Source of the DNA: Flavobacteriales bacterium
Lineage (GTDB): Bacteria; Bacteroidota; Bacteroidia; Flavobacteriales_F; PHOS-HE28
Direction of reading: 5' to 3'
Assembly (NCBI GenBank): GCA_030584065.1
Contig: CP129489.1
Location: 580,640 to 644,639, forward strand
Length of the DNA stretch: 64,000 nt
This document shows, one piece after another, positions 57,992 to 64,000 of this stretch. The notes beneath the pieces are model-generated. The model made no database searches, was not told the DNA's origin, and worked only from the letters and a program-made list of their open reading frames with translations. Within the stretch, counting starts at the first letter, position 1; the number at the start of each line of letters is the position of its first letter. Made by a program: the position numbers and the translations under genes.

Positions 57992-58846
57992 TCACTCGCG
58001 CAGCAGCCAGACAGTGGGCCCCGCGCCATCGGGGCCGTTGAGCTGGGCCAGGTAGAGCCCCGGCGCCCAAGGGCCGAGGTCGATTTCGGCATACCGGCTG
58101 CCCTTGGGAATGCGATCGCTGCGGAGGGTGCGGCCTGCGGCATCGTGCAGGGTGAGCTGCCAGCCGGCAGCGGCAGGGGCCGGCCAGCTGAGGCGCACGC
58201 CTGCGGCGGTGGGGTTGGGCCAAGCCTGCAGTTCCGCTGCTGAAAGGCCATCCAGGCCGGTGGTTCCGTCGATGTCGAAGCCGAAGTCCTGCCAGGTGGT
58301 GCTGGTGGTGGAACCCGTGGGCGATAGCGGGTCGGGCGAGACCAGCTTGCGGCCGCTGTTGGTGGTGCCGTAGGTGCCGAAGGCGCTCTGCGCGCTCGTC
58401 TCGAATTGGATGTCGACGATCAGCGTGCGGCTCGGGTTGTAGGTGAAGGGCGTTTGCAGCGAGAACCAGAACCATTCGCCTGTGGTGCCTGGCGCAATGG
58501 TGAAGGCGGAAGCGCTGTACACCGTATCGAGGTCGGTGAAGTAGGTGTTGCCATTGGGGAAGCCGGTCTGGTCCGTGAGCCCCAGCCGCACCATGAAATT
58601 GCCAAGGGTGTTGCCTGAAGCGATGCTCGTGGTACCGTAGCGGAAGTAGAGGTGGGTGATGGGCCCGCCCGTGGCGCCGGTGAGGTCGCCCGGCAGGTAG
58701 AGCATCTGCGTGTGGCGCGCATAGGCGGTGCTGCCGAACAGGAAAGTGCTGTTGCTGGTGCCGCAGCATTTCTGCGCCTGCTGTGCGTGGGTGGCGACCG
58801 TGCCCGCCAGGAGCAGGGCGACGGCGAGGAGCGTGGCTTGGGCCAT
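57992..58846 (-). CDS. T9SS C-terminal-target-domain secreted protein, unknown function
   Basis: Signal MAQATLLAVALLLAGTVATHAQQ. CTD ending ...LAQLNGPDGAGPTVWLLRE. Confidence 0.55.
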   Translation of the reverse strand: MAQATLLAVALLLAGTVATHAQQAQKCCGTSNSTFLFGSTAYARHTQMLYLPGDLTGATGGPITHLYFRYGTTSIASGNTLGNFMVRLGLTDQTGFPNGNTYFTDLDTVYSASAFTIAPGTTGEWFWFSLQTPFTYNPSRTLIVDIQFETSAQSAFGTYGTTNSGRKLVSPDPLSPTGSTTSTTWQDFGFDIDGTTGLDGLSAAELQAWPNPTAAGVRLSWPAPAAAGWQLTLHDAAGRTLRSDRIPKGSRYAEIDLGPWAPGLYLAQLNGPDGAGPTVWLLRE

Positions 58847-58894
58847 GGCCTTTCGTTTCGTCGAATGTAGGCAGCGAACGGCTGTGCACCCCGC

Positions 58895-59428
58895 TCAGCG
58901 GAGGCCTTCCCAGGCCTTCCGCTCCGCTTGCAGCAGGGCGGCGTAATCGGCGGCGGTGAGGGGGCTGGCCGGGCCGGGGTCCATTTCCAGCCGTCCGGCA
59001 GGGATTTCATCCTGCACCAGGGGCGCGCTCAGCACCCGGTCCTGCACCACCAGGGCCACCCGCTGCCCGATGGCGTTGAAGGTGCCGGCCCGCAGCCGCG
59101 TTGCACCCACGGCATCCATGCCCAGGTGCAGCACCGGCCGGCCAGTCATGGATTCGCCCACGGCGATGCGCGCGAAATGCTCCACGGTGACGATGGCGCT
59201 GGGGTCGATGTGGAGCCGTTCGCCCTCCACGGTGCGCGCCACGCCGAAACCGCTGTCCACCACGAAGTAGAGCCCGCTGGCCAGCGCGCCCTCGGCCACC
59301 GGTCGGCTGCGGTTGGGAACCACCGTGCGTTCGGCCTCGGCCAGCAGCGCTGGGTCGATGGGCGGCGGAGCTCCTGTGCAGCACAGCAGCGCCAGTGCAG
59401 CCAGGAGGGGGAGGAGGCGGCTGGTCAT
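58895..59428 (-). CDS. Hypothetical lipoprotein
   Basis: Signal MTSRLLPLLAALALLCC. No motifs recognised. Confidence 0.4.
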   Translation of the reverse strand: MTSRLLPLLAALALLCCTGAPPPIDPALLAEAERTVVPNRSRPVAEGALASGLYFVVDSGFGVARTVEGERLHIDPSAIVTVEHFARIAVGESMTGRPVLHLGMDAVGATRLRAGTFNAIGQRVALVVQDRVLSAPLVQDEIPAGRLEMDPGPASPLTAADYAALLQAERKAWEGLR

Positions 59429-59738
59429 CGGCGAGGGGCAGCAACGGTTCGTCGGTGCATGTGCGGAAACGCTGCCTTCATGCAAGCTACCGAGCGGACG
59501 GATCGACACGTCGGGAATGCCTGGTCGGCGTCCGTTGGAATGCGGTGCCGTAACCATCGAGGCTGGGCTGATGCGCGGGGGGGCCAGCGACGCTGGTTCG
59601 GCGGCAGGGGCTCGGCACATCGCTCCTTGGGGTTGGTCAGGGACGCTGGCGGTTCTGTGGGTAGCAGAAAGCAGTGGCAGCCCTTATTGACTGGGAGAGC
59701 TCGCCGGCCGGGTCCCCCGCCGGCCGCGAGGAGCCATG

Positions 59739-62108
59739 CTACTCGTTGGTCATCCTCACGCACTTCTCCACCACATCCTCCACGCTCGGCTTGCTGAAGT
59801 AGTCGCCATCGCTGCCGTAGGCGGGGCGGTGGGCCTTGGCAGTGAGGGTGCTTGGCGTGGCATCGAGCCAGCGGTAGCCGTCTTGCTCTTCCAGGATCTG
59901 CTGCAGCAGGTAGGCGCTGGCGCCGCCCGGCACGTCCTCGTCCACTACCAGCAGGCGGTTGGTCTTCTTCAGGCTCTCCACGGTGCGGTGCGCGCGGTCG
60001 AAGGGGAGGAGGGTGCGCGCATCGATGAGCTCCACGCTGATGCCCATGCCCTCGAGCGTTTCGCAGGCCTTCGCGCAGATGTTGAAGGTGGAGCCATAGC
60101 TCACGAGGGTGAGGTCATTGCCCTCGCGCACCACCTCCACCTGGCCGATGGGCACGGTGAAAGCGCCGAGGTTGCTGGGTAGGCGCTCCTTGCTGCGGTA
60201 GCCGTTGAGGCATTCGATCACCAGCGCGGGGTCATCGCTTAGCAGCAAGGTGTTGTACATGCCCGAGGCCTGCTGCATGTTGCGCGGCACGCACACCACC
60301 ACGCCGCGCACGCTGTTGATGATCATGCCCATGGGGCTGCCGCTGTGCCATACGCCTTCCAAACGGTGGCCGCGCGTGCGCACGATCAACGGGCATTTCT
60401 GGCCGCCCTTGGTGCGCCAGAGCACGGTAGCCAGGTCGTCGCTCATGCCCTGCAGGCAGTAAAGCAGGTAATCGAGGTATTGGATCTCGGCCACAGGGCG
60501 CAGGCCGCGCAGCGCCATGCCGATGCCCTGGCCCAGGATGGTGGCCTCGCGGATGCCGGTATCGCTCACGCGCAGCTCGCCGAACTGCACCTGCATCCCT
60601 TCCATGCCCTGGTTCACGTCGCCGATCTTGCCGGTGTCTTCGCCGAAGGTGAGCAGCAGCGGCTCCCGTTCGAAGAGCGCCTTGAAATTGTCGCGGATGA
60701 TGATGCGGCCATCGACCATCTCGTCGGTGGCGTACTCCACGGGTATCTCGCGCACGTTGAGGCAGCTCCTGGCGCTCTGGCTGTAGAGGTGCGAGCCGTA
60801 GCGCTCGGCATTGAGGGTCCGGGCGCTGTCGACCCAGGCCTTCAGCGCGGATGCCTGTCCGCCGGCAGCCAGCAGCGCGCGCCGCGCCGCGCTCAGCACT
60901 TCCTTGCGCCCCGGCGCCATTTCCGCTTTCAGCTCCGCCGCGATCGCCGCGCACCCTTCGGCCCCCGAGCCCTCGATCAAGCCGACGACCTCGTCGCGCT
61001 CCGCCTTGATCTCGCCCTGGAACGCGGCCCAAGCAGCCTTCTGGCCGGCGCGCGCATCGGCCTTGGCCTTGGCCTCCAGGGCATCCAGTTCCTCGGCGGT
61101 GGCAATCACCTCCCCACCGGGACGGGCGCTGAGGATCCACTCGCGGAACTTCACGTTGCAGTCGTAAACCTTGTACCACTCCAGCAGCTCTGCGCTCTTG
61201 TAGCGCTCGTGGCTGCCGCTGGTGCTGTGGCCCTGGGGCTGCGTCACCTCTTCCACGTGGATGAGCACCGGCACATGCTCATCGCGGCACAGGGCGATCG
61301 CCTTCTCGTAGGTGCGGTTCAGGGATACGTAGTCCCAGCCCTTGGTCCTGAAGATCTCGATGCCATTGGTGCCCGGCTCGCGCTGGAAGCCCTGCAGCAG
61401 GGCGCTGATGCTGCCCTTGGTGGTCTGGTAGGCCTTGCTCACGCTGATGCCCCAGCCATCGTCCCAAACGCTCATGGCCAGCGGCACCTGCAGCACGCCG
61501 GCTGCGTTCATGGTCTCCCAGAAGTGGCCCTCGCTGGTGCTGGCATCGCCGATGGTGCCGAAGGCCACCTCGTTGCCCATGTGGGTGAGGTGGGTGTGCC
61601 CGTGCAGTGCTGGGCTGTGGCGGAACACCTTGCTAGCCTGCGCGAGGCCGAGCAGGCGCGGCATCTGGCCGGCGGTGGGGGAAATGTCGGGCGATGAGTT
61701 GGGCTGGGCCATCAGGTCCTTCCATTCGCCGTTGGCATCGAGGCTGCGCGTGGCGAAGTGGCCATTCATGCTGCGGCCGGCGCTGCTGGGGTCTGCGTCC
61801 GCATCGGCATGGGCATAGAGCTGGGCGAACCATTGCTGCACGGTGAGCTGGCCGATGGCGAACATGAAGGTCATGTCACGGTAGTAGCCGCTGCGCCAAT
61901 CGCCGTCGCGGAACTGCTTGGCCATGGCCACCTGCGCCAGCTCCTTGCCATCGCCGAAGATGCCGAACTTGGCCTTGCCGCCCAGTACTTCCTTGCGGCC
62001 GATGAGGCTGGCCTCGCGGCTGATGACGCACAGTTCGTAGTCGCGCAGCACCTCGGCGCGGAGCTCGTCCAGGGAGAGGGTCTCTTCAGCTGTTTTCGTA
62101 CGGGCCAT
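59739..62108 (-). CDS. Fused alpha/beta 2-oxoacid dehydrogenase E1 component (TPP-dependent)
   Basis: Alpha-like N-terminal half (TPP-binding GDASTSEGHFWE) fused to beta/transketolase-like C-terminal half (LRVSDTGIREATILGQGIG..., FGSTF). Start MARTKTAE. Confidence 0.8.
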   Translation of the reverse strand: MARTKTAEETLSLDELRAEVLRDYELCVISREASLIGRKEVLGGKAKFGIFGDGKELAQVAMAKQFRDGDWRSGYYRDMTFMFAIGQLTVQQWFAQLYAHADADADPSSAGRSMNGHFATRSLDANGEWKDLMAQPNSSPDISPTAGQMPRLLGLAQASKVFRHSPALHGHTHLTHMGNEVAFGTIGDASTSEGHFWETMNAAGVLQVPLAMSVWDDGWGISVSKAYQTTKGSISALLQGFQREPGTNGIEIFRTKGWDYVSLNRTYEKAIALCRDEHVPVLIHVEEVTQPQGHSTSGSHERYKSAELLEWYKVYDCNVKFREWILSARPGGEVIATAEELDALEAKAKADARAGQKAAWAAFQGEIKAERDEVVGLIEGSGAEGCAAIAAELKAEMAPGRKEVLSAARRALLAAGGQASALKAWVDSARTLNAERYGSHLYSQSARSCLNVREIPVEYATDEMVDGRIIIRDNFKALFEREPLLLTFGEDTGKIGDVNQGMEGMQVQFGELRVSDTGIREATILGQGIGMALRGLRPVAEIQYLDYLLYCLQGMSDDLATVLWRTKGGQKCPLIVRTRGHRLEGVWHSGSPMGMIINSVRGVVVCVPRNMQQASGMYNTLLLSDDPALVIECLNGYRSKERLPSNLGAFTVPIGQVEVVREGNDLTLVSYGSTFNICAKACETLEGMGISVELIDARTLLPFDRAHRTVESLKKTNRLLVVDEDVPGGASAYLLQQILEEQDGYRWLDATPSTLTAKAHRPAYGSDGDYFSKPSVEDVVEKCVRMTNE

Positions 62109-62317
62109 GGTGATTCGTAGGGTACCGCGCGAAGGTAGGGCCAGGGGCCGGAAGGGCCGAACGCGCGGGCGCCGCACGGGAGCGGGCACGGCGCCACCGG
62201 TGCAGCGCTCATCGGTGGTCGAACGGTTGACCGCCGTCAATCGCAAGGCTGATGCCGGTTAGCCCGCACCGTGTCACGCCCCGGTACCCTTGCACCGATA
62301 CCCGATACCACGCGCAC

Positions 62318-62959
62318 ATGCACCGCTCTTTCACGCTGTTCCTGCTCATGTGGGCCACCGTCGGCATGGCCCAGAACCCGCTTGCCGGAAGCCGATGGGG
62401 CGCCTACATGACCGGCCCGGGAGGCGGCTACGTCATGGTGGATTTCGACTTCCACGCGGATACCGTGTTCATGATTTCCGCTATCTCCAACGTCAGCCTG
62501 TCCTTCGCGCGTTACCAAGTGGATGACGACCTCGTCACGTTCAGCGCGATCCCCAATTTCCCTTGCGTGAACGACGCGGACACGTTCAGCTTCACGATCG
62601 TAGCGGACTCGCTTGACTTCGTGCCGCACAGCGTCAGCTGCCAGTCGAATAGCGCAACCTGGTCGCCATACCTCTTTATCCGCGTCACCGGTGTGGGTAT
62701 GGACGAGGGTGCATGGGCGATGCCGCTGACCGTGTGGCCCAATCCGGCCGGTGATGTCCTCCATGTCCGTTGCCCTGAAGGCCTGGCTCCGGGAACGGTG
62801 ATCACCATCATCAGCAGCATGGGGGGCGAGGTGGCCCGGCACACCGTTCAGCAGGATGTCATTGCTCTTCCGTTGAGCCACCTGGCACCGGGGCTCTACC
62901 ATGTCAGGGCTGCTGGTGCGGCAGGCCATTATCGGCAGCAGGTGATGGTGGCGCGGTGA
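62318..62959 (+). CDS. T9SS C-terminal-target-domain secreted protein
   Basis: Signal MHRSFTLFLLMWATVGMAQ. CTD ...LAPGLYHVRAAGAAGHYRQQVMVAR. Confidence 0.5.
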   Translation: MHRSFTLFLLMWATVGMAQNPLAGSRWGAYMTGPGGGYVMVDFDFHADTVFMISAISNVSLSFARYQVDDDLVTFSAIPNFPCVNDADTFSFTIVADSLDFVPHSVSCQSNSATWSPYLFIRVTGVGMDEGAWAMPLTVWPNPAGDVLHVRCPEGLAPGTVITIISSMGGEVARHTVQQDVIALPLSHLAPGLYHVRAAGAAGHYRQQVMVAR

Positions 62960-63029
62960 GCGCACCCGTAGCGGTCCGGTGAGGCGGGCATCCGCAACGG
63001 GTGCAGTGCTGGTCGGGAAGGTGCTTCGG

Positions 63030-63941
63030 TTACCGTGTGATGGCCGGCTCGAAAGGGGGAGGGGCTTGCGGTTGCGCGAACCGGAGGAGGCGCTCCACGT
63101 TGTCTATGCCCAGCGATTCCCGGATGCGCCGGTTCCAGGCCAGCAGGTGGATGGAATCCTGAAGGCCATAGCGGAGCAGCCGCTCCTGCTCCTGGCGCAT
63201 GCGCCGCGTATGCTCGGCGTGTATTTCCCGGGCACGGGCGAGCGTCATGCCGGGCACCTGCAGCCTGAGTTCCATGGCGCGCCGCTCCGCTTCGGCCAGA
63301 TCGAAGAAGAGGTTGGTCAGCACGGCCGAGGCTGGGGACCAGGGCGTTGAATGCCACGATTCCCTCCCGGAGAAGACCGCGAATGACCGGTGCCTGAGGG
63401 CTCCTCCTGCGGTGTCGAGGTCCAGGTAGAGATGCGTGCGGAGGTGCACTGCGGGCTTGCGGCCTGATCCTGGCACCACCACGCGCGGCGACCCGGAGAT
63501 GTGCAGGCTGTCTATCCGTGCGCCGTCCGACCATATGCGGTAGGGCGGCCTCAAATCGTACTGCTGCTGCCCGATCCCGGCGAACCAGTTGTTGCGGGCC
63601 ACCTCGTGCTGCTGGATGAAGGCCTCGTCGCTTTCCAGACGTTCAGCAGGGACCGGCAGTTCCTGGCGCTGCCAAAAGGCCGTGTCCACGGGCAGCCAGG
63701 CCATGCTGGGATACTCCTCAAGGCCCGTCCTCCAAGGGAAGAGGACAGGCACGAAGCCTTCCCCGGTCTCGAAGGCATGGAGCACGGCGCGTGTGGTGAA
63801 ACGGTCGGAGATTCCTGGACCGGTGTAGCGCATGGAATAGTCCAGCTCGATGAGTTGGGGCATGGCGGGCGTATCCAGGCTCCAGGTCTGGCGGTACCGG
63901 AGGCTCACCGAATCGATGCGGCCGTCCTTGAAGAGGGGCAC
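63030..63941 (-). CDS. Hypothetical protein (may extend upstream of 63941)
   Basis: Long ORF with coding-like GC3. No motif recognised. Confidence 0.35.
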   Translation of the reverse strand: MPLFKDGRIDSVSLRYRQTWSLDTPAMPQLIELDYSMRYTGPGISDRFTTRAVLHAFETGEGFVPVLFPWRTGLEEYPSMAWLPVDTAFWQRQELPVPAERLESDEAFIQQHEVARNNWFAGIGQQQYDLRPPYRIWSDGARIDSLHISGSPRVVVPGSGRKPAVHLRTHLYLDLDTAGGALRHRSFAVFSGRESWHSTPWSPASAVLTNLFFDLAEAERRAMELRLQVPGMTLARAREIHAEHTRRMRQEQERLLRYGLQDSIHLLAWNRRIRESLGIDNVERLLRFAQPQAPPPFEPAITR

Positions 63942-64000
63942 GAACGGATGCCGCCTGCAGTTTCGGCAGTGAAGCTCAAGCGCATGAACGGCATCGCCCA

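Noticed and set aside
1-64000. CRISPR arrays, rRNA genes, toxin-antitoxin pairs
   Set aside because: Scanned for short regularly spaced direct repeats and rRNA-like conserved stretches. None present. No small adjacent gene pairs with TA-like features recognised.

Overview
High-GC (about 65-70%) bacterial chromosome segment, probably Bacteroidota-like: several proteins end in T9SS-type C-terminal sorting domains, and SprB-type repeats, a PEGA domain and a DUF4143-type ATPase are present. Most of the window is ordinary core genes: a multicopper oxidase, Rrf2 regulator, slyD, an MBOAT acyltransferase with a partner gene, an FtsB-like protein, an SSS symporter, suhB, lgt, a MiaB/MtaB-type radical-SAM tRNA methylthiotransferase, a CaCA exchanger next to a Ca-type P-type ATPase, msrA, a MarR regulator, a PhoD phosphatase, a DEAD-box RNA helicase, a Mesh1-like HD hydrolase, a reprolysin-like metalloprotease, dcp, a parE-PEGA-lipoprotein-parC operon, a fused 2-oxoacid dehydrogenase E1, and T9SS cargo proteins. 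Features that stand out are listed below.
- A roughly 5.6 kb accessory/mobile island at 16.75-22.4 kb. It holds a truncated T9SS-CTD gene remnant, a complete IS3-family element with terminal inverted repeats, a low-GC (about 50%) orphan DNA cytosine-5 methyltransferase, a tyrosine integrase and a DUF4143 AAA ATPase.
- A ligase-associated DNA-damage-response operon on the minus strand (MBL exonuclease, ATP-dependent DNA ligase, Lhr-type helicase). Its usual fourth member, pdeM, lies about 9.4 kb away on the other side of the island and the Ca2+-export genes.
- A roughly 31-50 nt palindromic repeat family that sits in-frame inside two genes of that operon and in the ligase-helicase intergenic spacer.
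- Two tandem giant paralogous T9SS cargo proteins (about 1.48 and 1.46 kaa). They share a highly conserved module of unknown function that shows a gene-conversion-like tract of near-identical DNA.
- A second, native-GC orphan dcm immediately after tRNA-Gly, and an orphan OmpR-type response regulator lying between two tRNAs.
- A 7-3-7 palindrome duplicated in front of both the integrase and the ATPase genes.
No CRISPR array, rRNA or obvious toxin-antitoxin pair was seen. Many long ORFs in the supplied track are antisense artefacts of the high GC content and were rejected. Coordinates may be off by 1-2 nt in places.
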